This document shows positions 27,860-38,055 of a stretch of 64,000 nucleotides of DNA, piece by piece. The stretch's first letter is position 1; the number at the start of each line of letters is the position of its first letter. The notes beneath the pieces are model-generated. The model was given only the letters and a program-made list of their open reading frames with translations, was not told where the DNA came from and searched no databases. The position numbers were made by a program, and so were the translations under genes. The DNA lies in IMG/VR virus record IMGVR_UViG_3300019374_000291, positions 1 through 64,000 of that record, one strand, 5' to 3'. Source of the stretch: a virus. Its lineage: Duplodnaviria; Caudoviricetes.

Positions 27860-29500
27860 CTACAGAACAATCAGGTCATGATCGGGTTCGTCATAGACAC
27901 TGCCCTGCATTTCATGGCGGATCACTCTGTCTAGTGCCATGATCCATGCGACAATGCCGTCGATTTTTTCAGTACTTTTCTTTTTGCTCGGTTTGATATT
28001 CTCCGCCGCATCAATTTCGGCAACCACATTTCCTGCCATCCATCTGAGAACGGGATTGCCGCCGTGAACGAACATACCTTCGAGTATGAGCTTGTACAGC
28101 TCCTTCATCGGCGGTGACATATCCTTGAAGCCCATGCCCATCGGCACAACGGTAAATCCGTCGCCCTCAAGGTCTGTGATCAGCTGTGTAGCATTCCAGC
28201 GGTCGGCTGCGATCTCCTTGATGTTATACATGGTGTGCAGCTCATTGATCGTTTTCCGCACAAAGTTATAGTCCACCACATTGCCCTCGGTGATATGAAA
28301 AAGCCCCATGTGCTCCCAGACATCGTAGGGAACATGGTCTCGCCGGACACGCAGGTCGAGTGTTTCTCTCGGCAGCCAGAAATGCGGGACAACGATGTAT
28401 TTACCGCCCTCTGTCAGCGGAGGGAACACCAGAACAAAAGCGGTGATATCCGATGTGCTGGAAAGGTCCAGTCCCGCATAGCACTCCCGTCCTCGTAGCT
28501 TTTCAAGGTCAATCGGTAGATTGCCCCTGTCGTAGATATGCTCCGGGATCCATGCGACCGCACTGCCGACCCACTGGTCGAGTCTAAGCTGACGGAATAC
28601 ATTTTCTTCAGCAGGATTTGTCAGCGCCTCACGGTGCGCATCCCGGACGCGGTCAATGGTGATCGTATGCCCGAGAGACGGATTTGCCTTGTACCATGAT
28701 TCCTCGGCGTTCCAGTCATCGTCATCATTCAGTCCGTAGATCACGGGATAGAAGGAAGGATCGATGCGACGTCCATCGAGGATATCTTTTGCTTTCGTGT
28801 GATATTCGTAGCAGATGCTGTTGCGGTCGGTGCCGGCGGTTGTAATAAGGAAGTACAGCGGCTGCGTTCTCGCATCACCCGAGCCCTTTGTGAGAACATC
28901 CACAAGACTTCGGTTCGGCTGCGCGTGCAGCTCGTCAAGCACCAGACCGGATACATTCAGACCGTGCTTTGTGCCGACTTCCGCCGAAAGAACCTGATAG
29001 AACCCCACATTGCTATAGTTCACCAGACGTTTTGTCGCCGCCATGATCTTGGAGCGTTTCAGGAGCGCCGGTGTCATTTCCACCATACGCTTTGCAACGT
29101 CAAAAACGATAGAAGCCTGCTGTCGGTCAGCCGCTGCGCCGTAGACTTCGGCGGACGGCTCGTTATCGGCGTAAAGCAGATACAGTGCAATTGCCGCCGC
29201 AAGCTCCGATTTTCCGTTTTTCTTCGGAATCTCAACATAGGCTGTACGGAACTGCCGGGTGTCGTCTTCTTTTACAACACCGAAAATATCTCGGATGATC
29301 TGCTCCTGCCACGGCAGCAGCCAGAACGGTTTGCCTGCCCATCGGCCTTTGGTGTGGCAGAGGTTTTCGATAAAACGAACAGCCCTGTCCGCTTTTGCCT
29401 CATCATAATGGGAATCCGGCAGCATGAAGCGTGTGGGCTGATAGTCGGTGAGTTTCGGATAGTTCGCAGGTCTTTCTCTTGCTTTTGCTGTTCTTGCCAT
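27860..29500 (-). CDS. terL: Terminase large subunit
   Basis: IPKKNGKSE Walker A, LVLDELH Walker B, GLDLSSTSD and KIDGIVA nuclease motifs. Confidence 0.97.
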   Translation of the reverse strand: MARTAKARERPANYPKLTDYQPTRFMLPDSHYDEAKADRAVRFIENLCHTKGRWAGKPFWLLPWQEQIIRDIFGVVKEDDTRQFRTAYVEIPKKNGKSELAAAIALYLLYADNEPSAEVYGAAADRQQASIVFDVAKRMVEMTPALLKRSKIMAATKRLVNYSNVGFYQVLSAEVGTKHGLNVSGLVLDELHAQPNRSLVDVLTKGSGDARTQPLYFLITTAGTDRNSICYEYHTKAKDILDGRRIDPSFYPVIYGLNDDDDWNAEESWYKANPSLGHTITIDRVRDAHREALTNPAEENVFRQLRLDQWVGSAVAWIPEHIYDRGNLPIDLEKLRGRECYAGLDLSSTSDITAFVLVFPPLTEGGKYIVVPHFWLPRETLDLRVRRDHVPYDVWEHMGLFHITEGNVVDYNFVRKTINELHTMYNIKEIAADRWNATQLITDLEGDGFTVVPMGMGFKDMSPPMKELYKLILEGMFVHGGNPVLRWMAGNVVAEIDAAENIKPSKKKSTEKIDGIVAWIMALDRVIRHEMQGSVYDEPDHDLIVL

Positions 29501-29973
29501 CAGCCACCTCCGAGAAGTTCATCCATATCGTCAACAGCGGCGTTTTTCATATCCGCACCTGCCGTGATTCTGCTTCTTGCCGCCGGAGTCAGACCGAACT
29601 GCTCTGCGATCTTATTCATAATTTTCAGATAAGTCTGTGCAATGGATACTTGGGGAACTTGCTGCCAGTAGCCGGACTTCGTTTTCACGATAGTGCCGTG
29701 CTGTGTCATAAATTCCTCGGCTTCTTTCCAACGGGCGTATGCCTGACAGTACGATGCGAATGCCGCCTGATCGACCTCGGTCAGCACGCCGATCTGTTCC
29801 AGTTGTTTCGATAGCCTGCGCCATTCCTTTTTCGCTTCGGGCTCCAGCCACTTCGGACAAGGCGGCGCTTTGCGTTCCGGCTTCGGCTCTGCATCATTCA
29901 GCGGACGCTTGCCCGGATTGCCTTCCAGTTCCTTGATCGCTGTCGGTGTCGGTTTTCTGCCTCTCTGAGCCAT
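29500..29973 (-). CDS. terS: Terminase small subunit, P27 family
   Basis: RGRKPTPT...LEGNPGKRPLN, FGLTPAARSRI. Confidence 0.92.
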   Translation of the reverse strand: MAQRGRKPTPTAIKELEGNPGKRPLNDAEPKPERKAPPCPKWLEPEAKKEWRRLSKQLEQIGVLTEVDQAAFASYCQAYARWKEAEEFMTQHGTIVKTKSGYWQQVPQVSIAQTYLKIMNKIAEQFGLTPAARSRITAGADMKNAAVDDMDELLGGG

Positions 29974-30057
29974 CCGCATCACTCCTTCCTCAAAAAATCT
30001 GCATAAAGAAAAGGCCTGCAAAACTGCAAGCCTCTCCTATGTATGAAACCACCATGT

Positions 30058-30321
30058 TTACTTGTTCAACGCATCAAGCATGATCGCCGCACCGTTCCGA
30101 AATCCTTTTGTGTAGCTGTCCTCGGAAGAAATTGCTTCCATCTGGTGGTGAATATCCACCAGTTCCTCCAGGTCTTTCGCCGCATCTTCGGACAACTGCT
30201 TTTTCAACGACTCGAAAAGCTGCTCGGCATGCTTACTCAATGCATCGAACTCAGCGGCATTGACCGTGATTTCGGTCGGTGCGCTGATTTTTCCACGATA
30301 AATATCGCTGATTGCTCCCAT
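30058..30321 (-). CDS. Small protein, DUF6809-like
   Basis: ISDIYRGKI...EDSYTKGFRNGAAIMLD; GGAGG RBS. Confidence 0.6.
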   Translation of the reverse strand: MGAISDIYRGKISAPTEITVNAAEFDALSKHAEQLFESLKKQLSEDAAKDLEELVDIHHQMEAISSEDSYTKGFRNGAAIMLDALNK

Positions 30322-30391
30322 GTTTTCACCTCCCTTCGCAGCGGAGGAAAGAGCAGAGGGCAGCCCTTTGGCTGCCGTGCCCGTATGCTGC

Positions 30392-30616
30392 TCAGTTGAA
30401 CTTTTTCAGGAGCATCTCAAGTACTGCCTTGGTGTCTCTATCTGCCGCCTTGATGTCCATCCCACGGTCGTAGTTGAAAACTGTTCTGCCGCCCCGCTCG
30501 ATCCAAATCTTTGAGGCTCTGCCCTCGTTGTATCCGAATTCGCTGGGTTCCTCAAAATGCTTGACTGCGTATCTGTACGCCTTTCCGTTGTAGGTGATGG
30601 TATCCTGAGTCCACAT
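30392..30616 (-). CDS. Small conserved phage/MGE protein
   Basis: KHFEEPSEFGYNEGRASK...NYDRG; start placed after GGAGG. Confidence 0.65.
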   Translation of the reverse strand: MWTQDTITYNGKAYRYAVKHFEEPSEFGYNEGRASKIWIERGGRTVFNYDRGMDIKAADRDTKAVLEMLLKKFN

Positions 30617-30750
30617 AGTGTTTTCCTCCGCTTTTCTTGTTTTCGGCTCGGTTTCCCTTGCCTTTGTACACATATTACCATAGATTCCTAGATATATCAA
30701 GCGGCTATACCAACATAATGTGTGGGGCAATTTTTTTCGATTATTGTACA

Positions 30751-31131
30751 TTACCACCATTCAAAATATACAATTTCATCGGTTTGAAAATCGGTCTCGA
30801 TGAGTATCTCTTCGAGCTGTTCAATCGCTTTTTTTAGGGTATCAAAGTAAATATCATTGTACTCAACAGCACCGAAAAAATATCCGCCTCCGGTCGGCAG
30901 TAGCCTATGAGCAAGCATATTGTCTTCCTGCACCGCTCTGCAGTCGGCAAGAAGTTCTTCAAGCTGATCCTTTGTCAATTTGTAGACTGAACAGTTGGAA
31001 TCTGCATCGTACCCCGTGTGATCTACAATCCACTTGCGCACTTGATTTGCCTTGCGGAGATATAGTACCTCTGTGTCAGGCAGTTCAGTCTCACCTTGCA
31101 GTCTGCGATACATGTACATATCCAATCCCAT
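30751..31131 (-). CDS. Hypothetical phage protein (MGLDMY...YFEWW type)
   Basis: MGLDMY, YLRKAN, LLPTGGGYFFG motifs; AT-richer than its neighbours. Confidence 0.7.
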   Translation of the reverse strand: MGLDMYMYRRLQGETELPDTEVLYLRKANQVRKWIVDHTGYDADSNCSVYKLTKDQLEELLADCRAVQEDNMLAHRLLPTGGGYFFGAVEYNDIYFDTLKKAIEQLEEILIETDFQTDEIVYFEWW

Positions 31132-31281
31132 TTTTGTTTCTTCCTTCCATAAGCTTTTTCTTAAACGTGATAAATTACGATTTAAAAATGAGTCAGAACG
31201 CGCCGTGTGGGCGGTTTTCTGCGTGGGGCAAGTTATCCGCAGAAAAGCCGTTAGCCCCCACACGAGCGAATGTGGTGCAAA

Positions 31282-31491
31282 TCAGGGCTTGCTGTTCCTG
31301 CCCAGTTCGTATGCACGCTCCAGCATCCGGCTGACCTCCCGCAGGCTGATACCGGGGAAATTATGCTCAGCGTTGGTATCATCGTAGGGATCATCCTTTT
31401 CACCGTAGGGTGTCAGACCACCGGCAAATCGGATGCCGTAGGATTCCTCTATTGCAATCTGCTCCAGAGCTTTTCTCGTTTCGTTATCCAT
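31282..31491 (-). CDS. Small protein resembling the C-terminal domain of 33559-33924
   Basis: LEQIA...ISLREVSRMLERAYELGR versus LFEIA...IPVWGLEAALKDAYEAGR. Confidence 0.55.
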   Translation of the reverse strand: MDNETRKALEQIAIEESYGIRFAGGLTPYGEKDDPYDDTNAEHNFPGISLREVSRMLERAYELGRNSKP

Positions 31492-31542
31492 GTATGCGCT
31501 CCTTTCGGGATGCCGCCCCTCCGAAGAAGGGCGGCTCTTTTT

Positions 31543-31905
31543 TCAGTCGGCGAAGTTCTCAAGGTAGTCGGTGATCGCTTTTGCAATCTTGTTGTAGTCC
31601 GCTGCTGTGGGGTTGTAATTGTACCATTCGCTCTCCCCGCGGTAAGTCCATGCGTGAATCGTGTCTTTGCCTGCCCAGTGGTCGCTGAAGCGGATGACGA
31701 TCTCGTCGATCTTGCCCTCGTTGCGGTTCAGGATCGTGATTCGAATCGCAGGGTAGTTTTCTGCAACCCCAAGTGTTGTGAAGGCTGCCTTCACCGTCGT
31801 GGTTTCCGTCAGGCGGGCAATGCAGGCTCTGCCGACCAACTTGGGGTTCTTCAGCAGGCTGACCTTTGCGGTCATTTTCTTCAGTTCGGTTTCAAAAAAG
31901 TTCAT
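31543..31905 (-). CDS. Hypothetical protein
   Basis: 120 aa ORF with GGAGG RBS and its own array promoter. Confidence 0.7.
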   Translation of the reverse strand: MNFFETELKKMTAKVSLLKNPKLVGRACIARLTETTTVKAAFTTLGVAENYPAIRITILNRNEGKIDEIVIRFSDHWAGKDTIHAWTYRGESEWYNYNPTAADYNKIAKAITDYLENFAD

Positions 31906-32166
31906 GGTGTTTTCCTCCGTTTTGTGTATTCGGTGCGGTTTCCCGTTCCGTTGTACACATAGTAACTCTTTTCGCTCGATATATCAAGATGGTAAAACAA
32001 CAGATCAGAAAAGGCGTATTTTCACAGGAATTGTACATATTATGCCTTGCTCACAAACGCGCACAGTTGCGCCGTGTGGGGCTTGCAGCGCCGGGGCATC
32101 CGTATACGTTTCTCCCTGCATCCCCGCCACAGGGCGGCGCTGTGCCGCCCCGGTGGGGCGACCGGC

Positions 32167-32511
32167 TCATCTGCCGGTCATCCATTCCCATTCGCTTTCG
32201 CAGGCGTCTGCGTACTCTGCCTCGAAAAGGGCGTCGTCATCGATCCATTCGGTTTCGTAGTCGATTTCCTCGATGCCCTCGAAGGTCGTGCCGTTTGCAG
32301 CGGCGTCTTCCTGTGCAAGGCTGTCGGCGTTCTCCTCGACCCATGCTCTGAAGTCCTCTGCGTTAAGGTCGTCTTCGTTCTCGACCTCCAGTTCGTAGCC
32401 TTCCTCCTCGGTGTCGTACCAAAGGATCGTGGCGCTTCTGATTGCCTCGCGTGCGTTCCAGTCATCTCTTCCTGCCATTGCTCTTGCCTTTGCCAATCCG
32501 TAGCTGATCAT
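32167..32511 (-). CDS. Highly acidic small protein
   Basis: D/E-dense (EEEGYELEVENEDD, EEIDYETEWIDDD); GGAGG RBS before ATG 32511. Confidence 0.7.
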   Translation of the reverse strand: MISYGLAKARAMAGRDDWNAREAIRSATILWYDTEEEGYELEVENEDDLNAEDFRAWVEENADSLAQEDAAANGTTFEGIEEIDYETEWIDDDALFEAEYADACESEWEWMTGR

Positions 32512-32719
32512 TGTTTTTTCCTCCGCTTTTCGTTGTTTCGGTGGGCTTTGCCCTTCCGTTGTGTACATAGTAACTCTTTTAGCAAAATTTATCAAGCGGC
32601 TAAATGTACAGAAGAAAAACGGCGAATTTCCGCAGGAATTGTACATATTATGACGGGCAAAAAATGCACCGGAAACTGATACGGAGATGGGGCAGAACCG
32701 CAGCTCTGCCCCTGTTGCT

Positions 32720-33073
32720 TTACTCTACGATGTGGAGTACCACCATGCCGTTGGGTGTCGGGATGAAGATCTCAGGCTCCCAGAAAAGTGCCTTGTACTT
32801 TTCAGCCTGTTCATCGGTCAGCCCGGTAAAATCCTCGACCCCGAGTCCGCAGACGAAGAAGGTGCCTTTGATCGGACCGTATTTTTCGACTGTCCTGTTC
32901 CATTGCAGTCCCTCAATGAAAAGGCCCTCCTCGTTGCACACTACTGCGACCTCCTCCTCGAAGGGGTACAGCGCCTGAATGTATCCGCCGACCTCTTTCT
33001 GCAGGTTCTCCAGCGTGTGTTCGATCTCCTTGACGTAGGGGTGCTTGCCGGGTTCGCATACCAGAATTTTCAT
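32720..33073 (-). CDS. DUF3846-like protein
   Basis: LENLQKEVGGYIQ...VCNEEG...GTFFVCG...FTGLTDEQ. Confidence 0.75.
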   Translation of the reverse strand: MKILVCEPGKHPYVKEIEHTLENLQKEVGGYIQALYPFEEEVAVVCNEEGLFIEGLQWNRTVEKYGPIKGTFFVCGLGVEDFTGLTDEQAEKYKALFWEPEIFIPTPNGMVVLHIVE

Positions 33074-33320
33074 GTAGATTCGCTCCTTTGTTTTGATTCC
33101 GCTTCGCTTGCGGTATGCACATATTACCGCCTTTTCGAGGAAAAGTCCACGCCTTTCCGCAAAATAAATGTGACAAACATGAGCCGATTATTCAGGCGGA
33201 ATTGTACATCGCACAGAACGCGCACAAACGCGCTGTGTGGGGCGGTTTTCCGCAGGGGCAAGTTATCCGCTGCCGCCATGAAAAGCCCCACACAAGCGAA
33301 CGTGGCTCAGGTGTGCGTGA

Positions 33321-33497
33321 TCAGCCGTATTCTTTCAGGTAAGAATTCACCCGGTCGCCGTATCCCATCTCGGTAAGCTCCTGCGGTTCAAAAACCTCCA
33401 GAAGCGTTTCCATCACGTCACGCTCCGTCCATGCTCCGCTCTCGGGCAGATTGGCGATGACTGCCGTCAGCATTTCAAGCTGTGTGTATGTATCCAT
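33321..33497 (-). CDS. Small acidic hypothetical protein
   Basis: 58 aa with AGGAGG RBS. Confidence 0.55.
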   Translation of the reverse strand: MDTYTQLEMLTAVIANLPESGAWTERDVMETLLEVFEPQELTEMGYGDRVNSYLKEYG

Positions 33498-33558
33498 GTT
33501 TTTCCTCCTGTTCGGCATGCGCCCTTCCGTATTTCAGGAAGGGCAGCGCCGGTTTTTT

Positions 33559-33924
33559 TTACTTGCTCTTGCGTCCTGCCTCGTAGGCGTCCTTGAGGGC
33601 GGCTTCCAGTCCCCAGACCGGAATCTCGATGAAGTCCTCGCTGTCGCAGTGGCGGGCTTCAAGGTCTCCGCGCTCCTGCACTGTGACCATGTGCTTGGCT
33701 GCGATTTCAAAGAGCTTCTTGTCAATGCCCGTCAGCGGATGCTCGGCTCTGAAGATCTCCTGCTCGGTCTTGGCGAGGGCTGCGTTGGTGTTCGCAAGTG
33801 CCTGCGCCCGGCTGATTCCGAAAAGCTCAAGGCAGTCTGCTTCGGTCATTCCCTCAAGGGCTGCCTTGCCGTTCTGCAGCATCTTCAGCTTGTCAACTGC
33901 GGCTTTCATTTCCTTCTTTGTCAT
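33559..33924 (-). CDS. DUF6900-like protein
   Basis: LEARHCDSEDFIEIPVWGLEAALKDAYEAG. Confidence 0.7.
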   Translation of the reverse strand: MTKKEMKAAVDKLKMLQNGKAALEGMTEADCLELFGISRAQALANTNAALAKTEQEIFRAEHPLTGIDKKLFEIAAKHMVTVQERGDLEARHCDSEDFIEIPVWGLEAALKDAYEAGRKSK

Positions 33925-34100
33925 GGTGGTGTACCTCCGTTTTTTGTTTTCGGCGGGCTGTCTGCCCTTCCGTTGTGTCACATATTACCATGATCTCTCC
34001 CGGAATGCAAGCGGCTAAATGTACAGAACAAAATCGGCGTATTTTCGCAGGAATTGTTCACATGACACTATGTACGGGAACAGCCCCGAAGGGCTGAAGA

Positions 34101-34484
34101 TCAGCCCTCGGTCGGCGGGATCCATGCCCCCTTTTTCTCATCGAAAAGGTAGTAGTAAGGGATGCCCCAGTAATCGCTCATCAGGGAAACAATGCTCTTG
34201 TGGGTGACTGCCGGGCTCATCGGCTCTTTGCGGTCTCGGTGGTAGGCTACCGTCACGCCCTCGGCAGGTTTCTCAAAGCTGTGCGGCTCATCGGCATCTG
34301 GTGCGATGCGTTCGCCGAGGCTGCTGATGTCTCCGAGCGCAAGCAGCGCCCGTACCTTTTCGGCGGTGTCGTAGTGCCCGGTGAGGATCGGCATCTGATG
34401 CTCGGGGTAGCCGTCCCAGTGGCAGTAGATCGTTTCCGTTGTCTCGTCCTCGTGCAGGATCCCGATTCTTGAATTCGTGCTCAT
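34101..34484 (-). CDS. Conserved phage protein (YCHWDGYP motif)
   Basis: MSTNSRIG...IYCHWDGYP...LLALGDISSL...AYHRDR. Confidence 0.7.
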   Translation of the reverse strand: MSTNSRIGILHEDETTETIYCHWDGYPEHQMPILTGHYDTAEKVRALLALGDISSLGERIAPDADEPHSFEKPAEGVTVAYHRDRKEPMSPAVTHKSIVSLMSDYWGIPYYYLFDEKKGAWIPPTEG

Positions 34485-34668
34485 GTATTTTTCCTCCGTT
34501 TTCGTTATTCGGTCGGCTCTCTGCCTTCCGTTGTGTCACATATTACCGTCTTATGCAAAATAAATCAAGCGGCTGAATGTACAGATCATTTCGGGCGTAT
34601 CTGCGCGGTTTCTTGTACATAATGCTTCACAGGGAACAGCCCCCGAAGGGGCTGTATCCGATCGCGGT

Positions 34669-35103
34669 TTATCCGAAAAGGTCTGCGCCGAACATCTCTG
34701 CGTTCATTCTGCGCTGTGCCATCAGGAAAGCACCGCCGTAGCTCTTGCAGTGCTTTTCGTAGCCGTCCGCATCCATTTCCCTGAGAAGGTCATCCGGAAA
34801 TTCATAAAGCGGGTAGCGGCAGAATCCGCTGTATCCGTAGACCGGCTCTCCGAAGCGTTCGTACTGCTTTGCGCCGATGCTCTGCAGGAATTCCTCCGCG
34901 GTCGGATTGTTGTTGGTGTCGATGAAGGCGCAGTTGCGCGGGATCAGCGTACCGTTCCCGATGCTGCTGCCGATGTTGACCGAAAGCACCACATCGAACT
35001 CGTCAGCCTCTGCGGTCGCGGTGATCGCCATGACCATCGGGTCGGAAGCGTAATCTGCGATGCGGAAGCGCACCCTGAATCCGTTCATGTTGTAGTCTGC
35101 CAT
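34669..35103 (-). CDS. DUF4313-like protein
   Basis: AFIDTNNNP...GYSGFCRYPLYEF. Confidence 0.65.
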   Translation of the reverse strand: MADYNMNGFRVRFRIADYASDPMVMAITATAEADEFDVVLSVNIGSSIGNGTLIPRNCAFIDTNNNPTAEEFLQSIGAKQYERFGEPVYGYSGFCRYPLYEFPDDLLREMDADGYEKHCKSYGGAFLMAQRRMNAEMFGADLFG

Positions 35104-35282
35104 TTTCGTATCCTCCAAAAGAATGTAATTCCGAGGTTTTCCCTTCGGTAGCGACATTATAACTCTGTTTCCGCATAATAGCAACCCGATAAATGTACAG
35201 ATCATATCGGGCTTATCTTCGCGGTTTATTGTACACATAATCATTTCGGAAGGCAGCCCCCGGAGGGGCTGCGCCGGTTCCG

Positions 35283-35777
35283 TCAGACCTTCAGTTCAGC
35301 TTCGGTCATCAGCCTGAAGTTTTTGTCCTGCCAGAAGGAAATGTAAACATCGTAGCGTACATCCCATTCGCTTTCGTAGTATTCGTCTGCTTCCTCATCG
35401 TATTCCTCACTGGTCTCGGTCTCCGTGTAGCTGTAAACTTCTCTCTGTTCAAAGCCCTCGCCCCAGCCGTCGCTGTACTGTCCGCTGAGGTATTCCTTCA
35501 GCTGTGCGGTGTCTTCGTCTGTCCAGTCATCGTCCACCTCGCAGGTTGCCAGTCCGTAAAGCCGTTTGCCGTACCACTCGGCGCTCATCGTGACCTTGTG
35601 CAGTTTCTTGTAGTAGGTTGCACCGTGGTAGTCGTCGGCGTAATCGGCAAGGTCGGTATCGTCGTTCTCGAGCGCCTCGAACAGCTCTGCGGCGTACTCC
35701 TCGGCGGGTGCGGTGAAGCAGTTGCTCTCGCTTGCGATCTGGGCGATTAGCGGATTGTAGATCTTCAGGGTTTTCAT
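35283..35777 (-). CDS. Acidic hypothetical protein
   Basis: LKEYLSGQYSDGWGEGFEQRE motif; D/E-rich. Confidence 0.65.
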   Translation of the reverse strand: MKTLKIYNPLIAQIASESNCFTAPAEEYAAELFEALENDDTDLADYADDYHGATYYKKLHKVTMSAEWYGKRLYGLATCEVDDDWTDEDTAQLKEYLSGQYSDGWGEGFEQREVYSYTETETSEEYDEEADEYYESEWDVRYDVYISFWQDKNFRLMTEAELKV

Positions 35778-36033
35778 GGTGGTTTCCTCCGTGTTCTGTA
35801 TTTCGGCGGGCTTTCCGCCCTTCCGTTGTGTCACATATTACCGCCTTTTGCCTGAAAAGTCCACGCCTATGTGCAAAATAAAACGTAGAAGAATCGCCGT
35901 TATCAGCGGTATGAACAGGTACATATACACAAGCCGCCGGAACGCGCACAAACGCGCCGTGTCGCGACCGGAATCCGCCCAACAAACAAGCGGCGCAGAG
36001 CCGTAAAGCCCCACACCGCCCGCTGTGCGCCCC

Positions 36034-36237
36034 TTATTCGGGAATGTACTTGTCGTGGATGATTCCGAGGATCTTGTCCTGCTCCTCGATGCTGATGCCC
36101 ATCGTTTCGAGGGCTTCCCGTGTTCCGCAGTCGGGGCAGATGAGCGTGTTGTTGTCGCTGCGGGAAAGGGCCGGGCGCTCGGTGTAGGTGCGTCCGCATT
36201 TCGGACATGTGCGTGCTTCGGTTACTCGTTCTTTCAT
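36034..36237 (-). CDS. Small zinc-ribbon protein
   Basis: CPKCG...PALSR...ICPDCGTREAL. Confidence 0.7.
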   Translation of the reverse strand: MKERVTEARTCPKCGRTYTERPALSRSDNNTLICPDCGTREALETMGISIEEQDKILGIIHDKYIPE

Positions 36238-36287
36238 TTGGATTCCTCCTATGTAGTTGTGGTGTGCCGCCCGAAGGCGGCGGTTGG

Positions 36288-36551
36288 TCATTCATCGATT
36301 CGCTCTGTGTGGCTGAGGATCTCTTCGGCGCTGCCGGATTCTGCGTATCCGCAGTCCCAGATCGCGAGGAGCATCTCCTCTTCGGTTTCGGGAACCTTGA
36401 TGCTGTAGGTAATCTTCCTTGCTCCGATGTCGTTCAGCATCTTGGTGGTGGTTTCGAGGAAGTCGGCGGGGATTTCTCTGGTCGTGCCGTCCTTTGCAAT
36501 CAGGCGTACTCCGTGGCGGCGCAGGCTTTCAATATGTTCTTTGCTTGTCAT
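36288..36551 (-). CDS. Hypothetical protein
   Basis: ORF after an AAGGAG RBS with its own array promoter. Confidence 0.6.
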   Translation of the reverse strand: MTSKEHIESLRRHGVRLIAKDGTTREIPADFLETTTKMLNDIGARKITYSIKVPETEEEMLLAIWDCGYAESGSAEEILSHTERIDE

Positions 36552-36835
36552 GTTCAGGACTCCTTTGCGATGTTTTCCTTTCGGTAGTGACATATTAACT
36601 CTTTACTCGAAAAATAGCAACCCGGTAAATGTACAGATCATTCAGGGCGATTCTGCACGGTTTGTTGTTCATTTTATGCTTTGCACACGTTTGCGCCGTG
36701 TCGCGTTGTGTGGCGCGGTTGACTGAGGTGGGATACCGAATCGGAGGATACCCCTTCCGCCCCACACGGGGCAACGTGGGCGCTGTGTGTGCGCCCGTGC
36801 CGTTCCGCTTGTTCCTGCGCCCCGAAGGGCAGGCC

Positions 36836-37780
36836 TTAAGGTCTGCCGAATCGGAAGGCTGCGTTGCCCGTCAGGTTTTCGGTAAGGGTCTCTCTGGCTG
36901 TTGCGAACTCGTCGCCAATGAAGCCCATTCTCATCAGCCAGGTTCTCATTGCGAAAACCTTGTTTTCTTTCTGCTGTTCCTTGGGGCTTGCACTTCTGAG
37001 GTCCTTTGCCATCTGGCTCATTGCGAGGCAAAGCTGAATGTAGCTCTTGAGCTTGCCTGCGTGGAGGCCGTTCTGCTTGCCGTTCGCGGGCGGTGCAAAT
37101 TGGAAAAGTCTGAACTCGACCGTGCCCTTTGTAAAGGTGGCGTGCAGGTTGAGCATGTGGTAGCGGCTGTCGTTGTAGTGGTGGGTTCTGCCGTAGGTGC
37201 ATCCCTGTGCGCCGTACCAGATGTCTGCAAGCTGTGCCATCGTGCGGGGCTTTTTGCGGTTGAGCTGGTCGAGGAATCTCGGGTCGACCGTTCTGCAGTA
37301 GCGGTTCATTCTGCTGTGGTCTACCTTGATTGCTTCGGCAATCAGGGTTTCGTGGCTCGCCATGATGTTTGCGAGGTTTCTGAGGCTTTGCGGTGTGTGC
37401 CCCTGCGCTCCGATGTGAATGTGAACTCCGCATCCTCTTGTGTAGTCGCTCTTTGCGCCTGCCTTGCGAAGGCGTCTGATCAGCTCCTGCAGGGTTTCGA
37501 TGTCTGCGTAGTGCAGGATCGGTGTGACCAGTTCGCACTTTTCGCTGTCCGGACCGCTGATGCTGCAGTCGCGCTGGAACTTCCACTCTCTGCCCTGTGC
37601 GTCCCAGGCGCTGTAGGTTTCGTAGCCGTTGCGGCTGCCTGTGTACTCGCTGCGGTTTGTGCCGAAGAACTCGGCGGCAAGCTTTGCGGCAGCCTTGCGG
37701 GTGATGTTGTTCATCTCAACCTCGACCCCAATGGTCTGCTCCTTCATTCTGTTGATCTGCTGTGCGGTTTTCTCAGTCAT
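36836..37780 (-). CDS. Amidoligase (COOH-NH2 ligase type 2 family)
   Basis: TIGVEVEM, DCSI, CELVTPIL, CGVHIHIG, RYHMLNL, TVEFRLF. Confidence 0.88.
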   Translation of the reverse strand: MTEKTAQQINRMKEQTIGVEVEMNNITRKAAAKLAAEFFGTNRSEYTGSRNGYETYSAWDAQGREWKFQRDCSISGPDSEKCELVTPILHYADIETLQELIRRLRKAGAKSDYTRGCGVHIHIGAQGHTPQSLRNLANIMASHETLIAEAIKVDHSRMNRYCRTVDPRFLDQLNRKKPRTMAQLADIWYGAQGCTYGRTHHYNDSRYHMLNLHATFTKGTVEFRLFQFAPPANGKQNGLHAGKLKSYIQLCLAMSQMAKDLRSASPKEQQKENKVFAMRTWLMRMGFIGDEFATARETLTENLTGNAAFRFGRP

Positions 37781-38055
37781 TTTTGTATCCTCCGTTTCGG
37801 TTTTCGGAAGGCTGTGTGCCTTTCGTTGTGTCACATATTACCGTCTTTGGGAGGAAATAGCAAGCCGCTAAATGTACAGATCATTCGAGTGTATTTTTCC
37901 CGAATCTCTGGTGATTTTACATACTTAAAAGACTTGCATTTTTATGGTATACTTGGGTACGATGGAATAGGATCTCTCATTTTCGGGACCCCCGAGGTGG
38001 TATATAATCAGCGGTCGGAAGGCAGGGACACAGCCCTGCCAATCAGCCGCTTTTC

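Noticed and set aside
36669-37586. 305-aa alternative-frame ORF overlapping the amidoligase
   Set aside because: Arg/Pro/Gln-rich composition typical of off-frame GC-rich sequence, with no motif support, unlike the nested MTase ORF.
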